Shown in pieces: positions 37,599-47,034 of a stretch of 64,000 nucleotides of DNA. How positions within the stretch are numbered: the first letter of the stretch is position 1; each line of letters starts with the position of its first letter. Location: the NCBI GenBank assembly GCA_904419525.1, contig CAJFRT010000007.1, positions 3,250 to 67,249 of the forward strand, given 5' to 3'. Origin of the DNA: Candidatus Gallimonas merdae. GTDB lineage: Bacteria > Bacillota > Clostridia > Christensenellales > Borkfalkiaceae. The position numbers were made by a program, and so were the translations under genes. Below the pieces are notes generated by a model. That model was given only the letters and a program-made list of their open reading frames with translations. It had not been told where the DNA came from and did not search any database.

Positions 37599-37733
37599 AC
37601 GCAATTTCGATAGTTTTCCCACAATAAAAAAGTATAGCGCATTATACCTTGTGAGCAAGACAGTGCGCTTATTTTTTTGATTATTTATTCTGTAATCACG
37701 ACAAAGAAAACGGCAATTTAACGGAGAGAATAT

Positions 37734-38177
37734 ATGACAATAAAAGAAATCAGGTTTTCGGAACGCATCGCAGTTCAGTTGATTACGCTTTCAAAAGAAT
37801 GGGAACAAGAAAATTCTTGTTATGGTTATCATAGAAATAATTCGGATGATTTCAAAGATAAGCGGATCTTTGTTGCAACGGACGGAGAGTTGATTTGCGG
37901 ATATTTATTCGGTCATAATTCAACAACTGAGAAAGACACCTCGATTTATAAAGCGGGAACCGAATATTTTGAAATTGACGAGTTGTACGTTAAACCGCAA
38001 TATCGAAATTGCGGAATCGGCCAAAAACTTTTTAGATACGCTGAAAAGGCGGTTTCACCCGACATGAACCTTATTATGCTTATTACAGCCACTAAAAATT
38101 TTCGTGCGATCCTGCATTTCTATATAGATGAGCTCGGCATGGACTTTTGGAGTGCAAGCCTTTTTAAAAAAATATGA
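37734..38177 (+). CDS. GNAT family N-acetyltransferase
   Basis: ELYVKPQYRNCGIGQKLFRYAE acetyl-CoA-binding motif. RBS GGAGAG. Markedly lower GC than its neighbours. Confidence 0.8.
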   Translation: MTIKEIRFSERIAVQLITLSKEWEQENSCYGYHRNNSDDFKDKRIFVATDGELICGYLFGHNSTTEKDTSIYKAGTEYFEIDELYVKPQYRNCGIGQKLFRYAEKAVSPDMNLIMLITATKNFRAILHFYIDELGMDFWSASLFKKI

Positions 38178-38200
38178 TAAATTTCTATTTATTATGCAAT

Positions 38201-38240
38201 AAAACGAGCAAAAAATCTGAAAAATTTTTGCTCGTTTTTC
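38201..38240. terminator. Bidirectional terminator at the convergence of the GNAT gene (+) and hflX (-)
   Basis: ACGAGCAAAAA ... TTTTTGCTCGT 11 bp stem, followed by TTTT. Confidence 0.8.
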
Positions 38241-38275
38241 ATCTTTATTGGAATTGCCGTTGAAGTGTTCCTTTT

Positions 38276-39484
38276 TTATTTCAGATAGGGACGGAATTTT
38301 GCGGCATGTTCTGCGGGGATAACTGCCAGAATGTGAGAGCCGTCGTCCGTGTAAGATACTTCGCGTTCCGTCACGAGCGATCGCAGCGCAGCATATTTCG
38401 ACGCATTCGCATAGGGAACGAACAGTTCTGCTTTGATAAACCGCCGTTCCAAGGATTCAAAGATTCTTTGCTTCAATAATACAAGCCCGCGCCCGTATTT
38501 TGCTGAAATACAAATCCAATCTTTGGGGAAATGCGTGTTTTCCTGCGCCTGATCGCATTTGTTCATGACAACGAGATAGGGAGATGAAAAATCCATGCTG
38601 CGCAATGTTTTGAGGGTTGTCTCAAGCTGAACTTCGTAGTCCCCGCCTGCATCGCAGACGATGAGGGCAAGATCGCACTGCAGGGCGCTTTCCAGCGTCG
38701 AGCGGAATGCCTCGATGAGATGATGCGGGAGATCGCGCAGGAATCCGACGGTGTCCGTAAGCAGGAAATCCATGCCGTCTATTTCAAGTCGGCGCGTTGT
38801 CGGATCCAGCGTTGCAAAAAGGGCGTCCTGTACAAAGACCTCGGCGCCCGTAAGGGCATTCAGAAGCGTTGACTTTCCCGTATTGGTATAGCCGACGAGC
38901 GCAACGGTGCGAACGCCGTCTTTTTTTCTGCGGTCAGTCTGGAGACCTCTTCTTTGCCGGGTTTTGGCAAGTTTTTCCTCCAGGGAATGTATGCGCGTAC
39001 GGATATGTCTGCGGTCCGTTTCCAGCTGTGTTTCTCCGGGCCCGCGCGTTCCGATGCCGCCTCCGAGACGGGAAAGGGCGCCTCCCTTGCCTTTCAGCCG
39101 CGGATAAAGATATCGCAGCTGTGCGAGTTCCACCTGCAGTTTTCCTTCGCTGCTCTCTGCCCGCAGGGCAAAGATATCGAGAATGAGCGTCGTCCGATCA
39201 ATGACCTTTTTCCCTTCGAGCGCCTCGGAAAGATTGACGGTCTGTGCAGGGGAGAGCTCCCCGTTGAATAAGATCGTCAGATCGAGTCCCGCCAGCCGTT
39301 CCCGCAGTTCTGCAATTTTACCCTCGCCGAGATAGGTCGCAGGATTGATCTCACGGATCTTCGCGTACATCGTGCCGGCGTAAGAAGCGCCGGCGCTCTC
39401 GATCAGAGCAACTGCTTCTGCGTGCAGCGCGTCCGCCGACTGATCTGTGACAGGCTGAATGATATAGACATTTTCCGATGTCAT
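38276..39484 (-). CDS. hflX: GTPase HflX
   Basis: HflX N-domain, then G motifs [21 protein letters not shown] and NKCD. Confidence 0.92.
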   Translation of the reverse strand: MTSENVYIIQPVTDQSADALHAEAVALIESAGASYAGTMYAKIREINPATYLGEGKIAELRERLAGLDLTILFNGELSPAQTVNLSEALEGKKVIDRTTLILDIFALRAESSEGKLQVELAQLRYLYPRLKGKGGALSRLGGGIGTRGPGETQLETDRRHIRTRIHSLEEKLAKTRQRRGLQTDRRKKDGVRTVALVGYTNTGKSTLLNALTGAEVFVQDALFATLDPTTRRLEIDGMDFLLTDTVGFLRDLPHHLIEAFRSTLESALQCDLALIVCDAGGDYEVQLETTLKTLRSMDFSSPYLVVMNKCDQAQENTHFPKDWICISAKYGRGLVLLKQRIFESLERRFIKAELFVPYANASKYAALRSLVTEREVSYTDDGSHILAVIPAEHAAKFRPYLK

Positions 39485-40551
39485 GAATCTTCCTCCGAAT
39501 GGTGGAGTTTGACGGCGTCTGCGACCGAACGACGGTGATCCTCCGTGATGGCGGCATAGTGTTTCCGTGTCGTGTTGACGTCCCTGTGACCGAGCACATC
39601 GGCCACAATATAGATGTCTCCGGTCTGACGATACAGCGCCGTGCCATATGTGGAGCGCAGTTTATGGGGGGTGATCTTTTTGAGAGGGGAAACGATTTTT
39701 GCGTATTTTTTTACGAGATTTTCCACAGCCCGCACGGAAATGCGCCTGTACTGAAGGGACAGAAAGAGGGCGTGTTCGTCGGGGGGGATACGCGGATCGT
39801 TTTCTTTCTCTGCGAGGTATGCGGCAAGTGCATCGCCGACTTCTTCGGAAAAATAGAGGATTGCTTTGTTGCCGCCTTTCCGCGTCACAATAAAGGAATT
39901 GTTGGAGAAATCGATACTTTCGTTATTCAACCCGACAAGCTCGGAGATACGGATCCCTGTTCCAAGGAAAAGGGTGAGGATCGCACTGTCGCGGATCTTT
40001 GTTTTTTCATGATAGCCGCTCGCGTGCGGAGAGAGGCCGTCTCCGTATTCTGCGGTATCCAGAAGGGAAGTGACTTCGTTGTTTTCCAGTCGGATAATTT
40101 CTTTTTCGTGCAGCTTGGGAGTAGTCACTTTTGCCGTTTGATTGACTTCGATCAAGCCCTTATTGAAGAAATACTTGAACATGGAGCGCACAGAGGAGAG
40201 CTTGCGCGCCTTGGCGCGTTCGTCGCAGGAAAGGCGCTTGTCTTTGAATCTGTAGTTGGAAAGGTAACTCAAAAAAATCTCGATATCCGTGTCTGTCACG
40301 CTCTCAAGGTCTTCCAGGGTGAGTTCCGCGACCGCTTTCCCGCGGAATTTTCTGTGGATCAGAAAATCAAAGAAAATACGCAGGTCATACACATAGTTCA
40401 GGCGCGTGAGAACACTTGTGCGCATTTCAATTCCGCGCAGAAAATCCTCGCAGAAAGGAGGGAGTTCTTCAAGGAGCTGGTCGATCTTGTCAAGGTTTTT
40501 CAGGTTGCGTTCCTGATAATAATCGGAATTGTTTTTACTGATTTTCGGCAT
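39481..40551 (-). CDS. Tyrosine recombinase, long XerS/XerH-sized Xer-like protein (356 aa)
   Basis: C-terminal [12 protein letters not shown]...[13 protein letters not shown] (R-H-R-Y catalytic set). N-terminal core-binding domain. ATGA overlap with hflX. Start at MPKISK, set by the promoter position. Confidence 0.85.
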   Translation of the reverse strand: MPKISKNNSDYYQERNLKNLDKIDQLLEELPPFCEDFLRGIEMRTSVLTRLNYVYDLRIFFDFLIHRKFRGKAVAELTLEDLESVTDTDIEIFLSYLSNYRFKDKRLSCDERAKARKLSSVRSMFKYFFNKGLIEVNQTAKVTTPKLHEKEIIRLENNEVTSLLDTAEYGDGLSPHASGYHEKTKIRDSAILTLFLGTGIRISELVGLNNESIDFSNNSFIVTRKGGNKAILYFSEEVGDALAAYLAEKENDPRIPPDEHALFLSLQYRRISVRAVENLVKKYAKIVSPLKKITPHKLRSTYGTALYRQTGDIYIVADVLGHRDVNTTRKHYAAITEDHRRSVADAVKLHHSEEDS

Positions 40552-40557
40552 ACCGCT

Positions 40558-40586
40558 ATTATAGCACATGAAAGAGGATTCGTCAA
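40558..40586 (-). promoter_or_regulatory. Sigma-70-type promoter abutting the recombinase start
   Basis: Minus strand TTGACG, 17 nt spacer, TATAAT. The ATG lies 6 nt after the -10 and has no SD. Confidence 0.65.
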
Positions 40587-40687
40587 TTTTACGAAGAGTT
40601 TCAAAGGGGAAATAATAGAAAAGAACCGATAAAGAGTCCCAGAAATCATTTAAAGAAGAGAAAAATTCGTGAGAAAGGGAGACATAA

Positions 40688-40721
40688 AACTATTCGCAAA
40701 ACACAGGTTTTGCGAATAGTT
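40688..40721. other. Perfect 34 bp palindrome, candidate dif-like recombination site (or strong hairpin)
   Basis: AACTATTCGCAAAA-CACAGG-TTTTGCGAATAGTT: 14 bp arms around a 6 bp centre (or a 15 bp stem with a 4 nt loop). About 100 bp upstream of the recombinase promoter. Confidence 0.45.
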
Positions 40722-40865
40722 ATGGGTAAAATCGGGCTTGATAAGGCAATTCCTTTAAATTTTGGGCGTTTTTGCCGAGCTTCTGCCGAAATTACTGGAT
40801 TTGTAAAATTCATCTTGACAGAGATTTTACAGAGAATCTAAAATTTGAGTTGTATAATATCAATG

Positions 40866-40896
40866 AAAAAAAACGGCATTTTATTGCCGTTTTTTT
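40866..40896 (-). terminator. Terminator after the GH13 gene (bidirectional shape)
   Basis: A7-ACGGCA-TTTTAT-TGCCGT-T6. Confidence 0.75.
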
Positions 40897-40925
40897 CTGA
40901 AACAATTATAAACAGACATTGATAC

Positions 40926-40954
40926 TGCAATACTATGTCAGACATACTATTTGA
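40926..40954. repeat. AT-rich palindrome family, copy 5 (TGCAATACTATGTC-A-GACATACTATTTGA)
   Basis: Overlaps the GH13 stop codon (40947-40949). A partial extra half-site CAGACATTGATAC lies about 26 nt upstream. Confidence 0.8.
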
Positions 40955-42770
40955 TTTTCCTGAAGAGTCCATAGGATTTCGGCCTGCATTCCAGGCGATC
41001 GGAAAAAATCGTATCCGTGAGAAGCTCACGGTAAGTTCCGTCTGCATGAATGGAGTATTCCCCGTGGGAATTATTTACCCAGACATAGATGGCTTCTTCG
41101 GCGGTTCTGCGCTCATACACAAGGCATCCGCTGTCTGCAAAGATCTCCCTGTATTCACCGTTGCGGAAAACATCTGATTGTCTGCGGATCTGACCGAGTT
41201 TTTGGTAAAAAGCAAGCAATTCCTCGTCTGTATTGATCCAGTCAAAGCAGCGGCGGCAGAACGGATCCTGATAGCCTTCCATAGCGTTCTCGTCTCCGTA
41301 ATAGATGCACGGAACGCCCGGTAAGGTAAATTGCAGTACGGCGGCCATCATGACCTGTTGTTTTGCACGTGCTTTATCACGTTCGGTCATGAAAGTGACG
41401 GCCATTTCGTCCTTTCCGGAGCACGTTTTTCCGCCGAACACGGTGAGGATACGCGGCGTATCGTGCGTTCCGAGAATATTCATGAGGCAGTCGACTGTTT
41501 CTTTCGGATAATTATCCAGGAGCATGGACAGTGTTTCGCGCAACTGAAAAGTTTTTCCTGTCTGCACAAAATGGATGATGGCATCTTTCAGCGGATAATT
41601 CATGACGCTGTCCAGTTCGTTTCCCTGGAGGTATTTCCGGCGTTCGCTGTAGGCAATTTTATTGGACGCATCTTCCCATACTTCACCGATGATGACCGCT
41701 TCGGGAGAAACTTCTTTTACGGTCTTACGAAGTTTTTCCAGGAAAAAATCGGGAAGTTCGTCGGCGACGTCAAGCCGATAGCCGCTGATCCCGTGGTTTA
41801 GCCAATGTTGAAGGACGCCCTCCTGTCCGAAGATAAACTGCTGGTACGACGGCGATGCCTCGTTGACTGCCGGCAAAGTGTCGATTCCCCACCAGCTGTC
41901 ATAGGTATTCGGAAAACTTTGAAAATGATACCAATCATAATACGGCGACGACTGCGACTGATAGGCGCCGAGGCTGTCATAGTGCCCGTACTTGTTGAAA
42001 TAACGGCTGTCCGATCCCGTATGATTGAGCACGGCATCCAGAATGATGCGGATCCCCCTCTTTCCCGCTTCTTCTGTGAGCCGGTCAAAGTCCTGTTCCG
42101 TTCCGAGAAGCGGATCGATTTTGAGATAATCGCCCGTGTCGTAACGGTGATTGGAGTATGCTTCAAAAACAGGATTGAGATAGAGCACCGTGACGCCGAG
42201 GGACTGCAGATAATCGAGTTTTTCCGTGATTCCGTTCAGATTCCCTCCAAAGAAATCATTGTTGAGGACCTTGCCCGCTTCATTGGGCCGATAAGACGGA
42301 AGGCCTCCCCAGTCATTTCTGAGAATTTTTCCTTCACGGACGGGATAATCTCCGTCCTTGTTGAAGCGATCGGGAAAGATCTGATACATTACGCCGCCCT
42401 TCATCCATTCCGGCGTATGATATTCTTCATCGTAGACGGTGATCTGCCAGCTTACCAGATTTACCTGCGGCATAAATGCGCCGTTGCGGAAGTTTCCGCA
42501 GCCGAAATATTCATCAGCGATGCGGAAATAATAAAAATAGAGACCGGTCTGATGGAAACGGAGCGTCACACAAAATCCGTTTTCAGTGCGATGCATTGAG
42601 AGCGGCGTACGCTCTTTTCCGTCCTGCCAGAATACAAAACGGGCATCGAGTGTGTCCGGCATCTTGTTTGAATCGGTCCAATAAAGCCGAAAAGTCACCA
42701 AACTGCCGCGCGGAAAAGCTCCCGTGCGGCTTTTGCAGGCTTTATCCAGTGGGTTGAAATACAATTGCAT
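40947..42770 (-). CDS. GH13 alpha-glucan hydrolase (neopullulanase/amylase-like)
   Basis: GH13 conserved regions DAVLNHTG, GYRLDVADE, GEVWE and NILGTHD. Lies downstream of glgP. Confidence 0.85.
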   Translation of the reverse strand: MQLYFNPLDKACKSRTGAFPRGSLVTFRLYWTDSNKMPDTLDARFVFWQDGKERTPLSMHRTENGFCVTLRFHQTGLYFYYFRIADEYFGCGNFRNGAFMPQVNLVSWQITVYDEEYHTPEWMKGGVMYQIFPDRFNKDGDYPVREGKILRNDWGGLPSYRPNEAGKVLNNDFFGGNLNGITEKLDYLQSLGVTVLYLNPVFEAYSNHRYDTGDYLKIDPLLGTEQDFDRLTEEAGKRGIRIILDAVLNHTGSDSRYFNKYGHYDSLGAYQSQSSPYYDWYHFQSFPNTYDSWWGIDTLPAVNEASPSYQQFIFGQEGVLQHWLNHGISGYRLDVADELPDFFLEKLRKTVKEVSPEAVIIGEVWEDASNKIAYSERRKYLQGNELDSVMNYPLKDAIIHFVQTGKTFQLRETLSMLLDNYPKETVDCLMNILGTHDTPRILTVFGGKTCSGKDEMAVTFMTERDKARAKQQVMMAAVLQFTLPGVPCIYYGDENAMEGYQDPFCRRCFDWINTDEELLAFYQKLGQIRRQSDVFRNGEYREIFADSGCLVYERRTAEEAIYVWVNNSHGEYSIHADGTYRELLTDTIFSDRLECRPKSYGLFRKIK

Positions 42771-42797
42771 AGAGGTTCCCAACGCATTGAGTGCGTT

Positions 42798-45224
42798 TTA
42801 CTGATTGAGCTGTTTGAGATTCCAGATATTTTTTGCGTAGTCCCGGATGCTTCTGTCGGCGGCGAAATATCCGGAAGCGGCAATGTTCATCAGCGATTTC
42901 CGGTTCCAGGAAAGTTTATCGCTGCGATAGAGCGCCGTCACTTTTTCCTGCGTCTTACGGTAAGATTCGTAGTCGGCCAGGCACATATAAGGGTCTGCAA
43001 CCGGAGTACCGCGAAGCAGATAATTTGCAATTTCGGCAAACGATGTTCCGTTGAATCCCACAATGAGCGATTCGATGATCTTGCGCATTTCGGGATCCTG
43101 GTTGTAATAAGAGCTTGAATTATAACCGCTGGCCCAGATCTCGTCCACCTCATCTGCCTTGAGACCGAAAATGAAGATGTTTTCATCGCCGACCCTCTGT
43201 GCCATTTCGACGTTTGCGCCGTCAAGCGTTCCGATCGTGAGCGCGCCGTTGATCATGAATTTCATGTTGCCCGTACCGGACGCTTCCTTTCCGGCCAAGG
43301 AGATCTGTTCGGAGATCTCGCTTGCAGGCATGAGCGATTCCGACATCGTAACATTGTAGTTTTCCATGTAGACGACGTTGAGCTTTTCGTTGATTTTCGG
43401 GTTCTTTTTAATGTCTTCCGAGAGGAAGCAGATGAGTTTGATGATCATCTTTGCCATCTCGTAGCCGGCTGCGGCCTTGGCTCCGAAAATATATGTCTTG
43501 GGCTGAACGTCAAGATCGGGGTTTTCGCGGAGCGCATTGTATTCAGCGATGATGTGAAGCGCGTTCAGAAGTTGCCGCTTGTATTCGTGCATGCGCTTGA
43601 CCTGGACGTCAAAGAGCGTATCGGGATCGATCAGAACCCCCTGCTGCTTTTTTGCAAGCTGTGCAAACTGGCGTTTTTTGATTGCCTTGATTTCGCCGAG
43701 ACGCTTTAATACGCTTTTATCGTCGGCGAATTTGCGGAGTTCTTCCAGTTTTTCGGCGTGCTTGTCATAGCCTTCGCCGATGCAGTCCGTGATGAGCTCG
43801 CAGAGCTCGGGATTGGACTGATTGAGCCAGCGTCTGTGCGCGATTCCGTTGGTGACATTGCAGAATTTTTCGGGCGTATAGTCATAGAAATCCCGGAAAA
43901 TGCTTTCCTTGATGATGTTGCTGTGCAGTTCTGAGACGCCGTTGACACTGTGGGATCCCATGACGCAGAGATTGGCCATGCGCACGGTATTGTTGGCAAG
44001 CACTGCCATGCGCGAAATTTTATTCCAGTCTCCGGGATAGCGAGCCCAGAGGTCTTCGCAGAAACGGCGGTTGATCTCTTTGAGAATGGCATAGATCCTG
44101 GGCACGCGCCTTGCGATCAGATCTTCCGACCAGGTTTCCAGCGCCTCTGCAAGCACGGTGTGGTTGGTGTAGGCGCAGGTTGCCGTTGTGATATTCCACG
44201 CAACTTCCCAGCTGAAATAGTTCTCATCGACGAGAATGCGCATGAGTTCGGGGATCGCCAGCGCAGGATGCGTGTCGTTGATGTGGATCGCGGCCATCTG
44301 CGGAAGCAGTGAAAGCGATCCGTAGCGCCGCTTGTGATCGGATACGATGCATTGCAGTGACGCCGAGACGAGAAAATACTGCTGCTGAAGGCGCAGGGAC
44401 TTCCCTTCGTAATGATTGTCCGAAGGATAAAGAACTTTGGAGATGAGCTGCGCTTCGGTGTCTTCCCGCATGACTTCGGCATAGTTGCCCTGCGAGAACA
44501 GCTGCATATCAAATTTCTGTACCGCACGCGCACGCCAGAGCCGGAGCGTGCTGACGGAATCGGAATCCTTGCCCGATACCATCATATCATATGCGATCGC
44601 CTCCACTTCCCGCGCGTTATGGTAGATCGTTTCCATTCCGTGATCCGTCCACTTTTCTTCGAGTGTTCCGTCGAATCGCACAATGAAACGCTTGTCGGCA
44701 CGTTGAATGAGCCAGGATTCGCCGCCCGGCAGCCAGACGTCGGGCAGTTCGATCTGCCAGCCGTCCACGATCTTCTGCTTGAAAAGGCCGTACTGATAGC
44801 AGATGGAAAATCCCATTGCAGGATAATTCTGCGTTGCGAGCCCGTCAAGGAAGCAGGCGGCCAGGCGTCCGAGCCCCCCGTTTCCAAGCCCCGCGTCCGG
44901 CTCCTCTTCGTACAGATCTTCAAGACTGACTTTAAATCCCTTGAGCGCGCCGGAAAGCGCATCGTAGATCCCAAGGTTATAGACGCTGTTTTTCAGAGAG
45001 CGCCCCATCAGGAATTCCATGCACAGGTAATAGACGCGCTTGGCCCTTGCGTTCTTGGTGCGCAGATGAAATTTCTGATGCTTTTCAGCCATGATGTCCC
45101 TGACACTCATGACGACCGCTCTGTAAATCTGTTCGCGCGTGGCTTCCTGCGGGATCACGCCGAAGTAGCGCGACAATTTACCTGTGATGAGGCGCTGCGC
45201 CTCCTGTTCGGTCAGTTTGTTCAT
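42798..45224 (-). CDS. glgP: Glycogen/maltodextrin phosphorylase
   Basis: EASGTGNMKFMINGA pyridoxal-phosphate Lys motif. 808 aa from ATG 45224, with RBS AGGAGA. Confidence 0.93.
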   Translation of the reverse strand: MNKLTEQEAQRLITGKLSRYFGVIPQEATREQIYRAVVMSVRDIMAEKHQKFHLRTKNARAKRVYYLCMEFLMGRSLKNSVYNLGIYDALSGALKGFKVSLEDLYEEEPDAGLGNGGLGRLAACFLDGLATQNYPAMGFSICYQYGLFKQKIVDGWQIELPDVWLPGGESWLIQRADKRFIVRFDGTLEEKWTDHGMETIYHNAREVEAIAYDMMVSGKDSDSVSTLRLWRARAVQKFDMQLFSQGNYAEVMREDTEAQLISKVLYPSDNHYEGKSLRLQQQYFLVSASLQCIVSDHKRRYGSLSLLPQMAAIHINDTHPALAIPELMRILVDENYFSWEVAWNITTATCAYTNHTVLAEALETWSEDLIARRVPRIYAILKEINRRFCEDLWARYPGDWNKISRMAVLANNTVRMANLCVMGSHSVNGVSELHSNIIKESIFRDFYDYTPEKFCNVTNGIAHRRWLNQSNPELCELITDCIGEGYDKHAEKLEELRKFADDKSVLKRLGEIKAIKKRQFAQLAKKQQGVLIDPDTLFDVQVKRMHEYKRQLLNALHIIAEYNALRENPDLDVQPKTYIFGAKAAAGYEMAKMIIKLICFLSEDIKKNPKINEKLNVVYMENYNVTMSESLMPASEISEQISLAGKEASGTGNMKFMINGALTIGTLDGANVEMAQRVGDENIFIFGLKADEVDEIWASGYNSSSYYNQDPEMRKIIESLIVGFNGTSFAEIANYLLRGTPVADPYMCLADYESYRKTQEKVTALYRSDKLSWNRKSLMNIAASGYFAADRSIRDYAKNIWNLKQLNQ

Positions 45225-45377
45225 TGGATTGTATCTCCTGAAAAAATTATCACAAGTTGAAATGCCCCTGCCGCAATTTCCGGGCCGAGGGCAAAAAAAC
45301 GGAGGGGCAAAGAAGCTACATAGGAAAAGCACTCTGCCCCTCTTCCTGTCTGTCCGTTGCCGGACACAGCATCTTTG

Positions 45378-46976
45378 TTATTTGAGCATACCGAGATAGA
45401 GCCCTTCGTAATACTTCGCCGAGGTCGCCCAAGAGAAATCCGTCTCCATAGCTTTCTTCTGAAGCGCGGTCCATGCGTTCTTGTCGCGATAGACGCCGAG
45501 TGCTTCATTGATCACATAGAGCATGTCATATGCGTTGTAGTCGTGGAACGTGAAGCCGTTCCCTCCTGCTCCGTACGGCCGGATGCTGTCGCGCAGGCCG
45601 CCCGTTTCGCGCACGATAGAAATCGTACCGTAACGCGATGCGATCATCTGGGAAAGTCCGCACGGTTCGCTCTTGGAAGGCATCAGGAAGAGATCCGCAC
45701 CCGAATAGATCTTGCGTGAAAGATCGGAGTTGAACGAAATAATGGATACGACTTTCCCCTGATATCTGCGCGCCAGATCGCTGAAATAGTTTTCATATGC
45801 GGAGTCCCCTGTTCCGAGCAGGACAAACTGAACGTCCTGGCGCAGGACCTGTTCAATGACTTCCCGCACGAGATCGAGCCCCTTGTGCGCCACAAGACGC
45901 GTGATCATGGCGATGATCGGCGTGTCGGGTTTGACGGGGAGATTGAGCATTCTCTGCAACTCTTCCTTGCAAACCGCTTTGTTGGACAGATTTTCCGCGT
46001 CGTAGTTCGCAAACAGAGACTTATCCGTCTTGGGATTGTAGTAGTCGACGTCGATCCCGTTGAGGATCCCGCAAAGTTTGAACTCGTTCCTGCGGATGAT
46101 TGGATCAAGGCCGTGTGCATAATAAGGATCCTTGATCTCACCTGCATACGTCGGGCTGACGGTCGAGAAGCGTTCACTGCATTCGATCGCCCCTTTCATG
46201 AGGTTGATGCACCGATCATATTCGACCAGATAACGATAGCGGTTGGAGATCCCGAACAGATCTTCCAGGATATCCAGAGAATATTTCCCCTGATACTCAA
46301 TATTATGAATGGTGAATACGGAACGGATAAACTGATACTCGGGACGGAAACAGTAGATCGTTTTCAGATAGATCGCCGCGAGGGCAGCCTGCCAGTCGTG
46401 GCAATGCAGGATATCGGGATAGAAATTCAGGAAAGAAAGAATTTCCATGACGCCGCGGCAGAAGAATGCGAACCGTTCGCCGTCGTCATAATAGCCGTAG
46501 CAGCCGGGACGTTTGAAGTAATATTCATTGTCCACAAAATAGAATCGGACATTGTCCTTTTCGTATTCAAAGATCCCGCAATACTGATTGCGCCACGACA
46601 GCGGAACAAAGATATTGCCGATGAATTTGAAATCCTTCCGGAATTCCTTTTTGATGTCCTGATAGAGTGGGACAATAACGCGGACATCATAGCTTTCGTC
46701 CTTTGCGATCGCCTTGGAAAGCGAACCGATCACTTCCGCAAGTCCGCCCGTTGCAATAAACGGGGCTGCTTCGGACGCAACGAACATGATTTTCTTTTTG
46801 GGCTCCACCCGGACTTCGGGAGTAGCTGCAGGTTCCGGGGCCGCTTCGGGAGTTTCCACCACCTCTACGGGAGGAACATTGACGACCACGGGTTCCTCCG
46901 CCGGTGTTTTGACGGGAGCTGCCGTTTTCGTTGTTTTTGCCGTATTTTTCTTTGCCGTATTTTTGCTTGCTGCCAT
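45378..46976 (-). CDS. glgA: Glycogen synthase with ~62 aa Lys/Thr/Ala/Pro/Glu-rich N-terminal extension
   Basis: MFVASEAAPFIATGGLAEV core start. A strong RBS AAGGAGG precedes the upstream ATG 46976 (MAASKNTAKKNTAK...). Confidence 0.88.
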   Translation of the reverse strand: MAASKNTAKKNTAKTTKTAAPVKTPAEEPVVVNVPPVEVVETPEAAPEPAATPEVRVEPKKKIMFVASEAAPFIATGGLAEVIGSLSKAIAKDESYDVRVIVPLYQDIKKEFRKDFKFIGNIFVPLSWRNQYCGIFEYEKDNVRFYFVDNEYYFKRPGCYGYYDDGERFAFFCRGVMEILSFLNFYPDILHCHDWQAALAAIYLKTIYCFRPEYQFIRSVFTIHNIEYQGKYSLDILEDLFGISNRYRYLVEYDRCINLMKGAIECSERFSTVSPTYAGEIKDPYYAHGLDPIIRRNEFKLCGILNGIDVDYYNPKTDKSLFANYDAENLSNKAVCKEELQRMLNLPVKPDTPIIAMITRLVAHKGLDLVREVIEQVLRQDVQFVLLGTGDSAYENYFSDLARRYQGKVVSIISFNSDLSRKIYSGADLFLMPSKSEPCGLSQMIASRYGTISIVRETGGLRDSIRPYGAGGNGFTFHDYNAYDMLYVINEALGVYRDKNAWTALQKKAMETDFSWATSAKYYEGLYLGMLK

Positions 46977-47034
46977 GGATTTGACCTCCTTATCATTCCC
47001 CTTTTCGCGCAATTTTACCGCAATGCGGTGTATG

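Noticed and set aside
39481-40551. Tyrosine recombinase as the integrase of a prophage, ICE or other mobile element.
   Set aside because: There are no phage, conjugation or transposition genes and no flanking direct repeats. The gene is translationally coupled to the housekeeping gene hflX. A chromosomal Xer-type role fits better.
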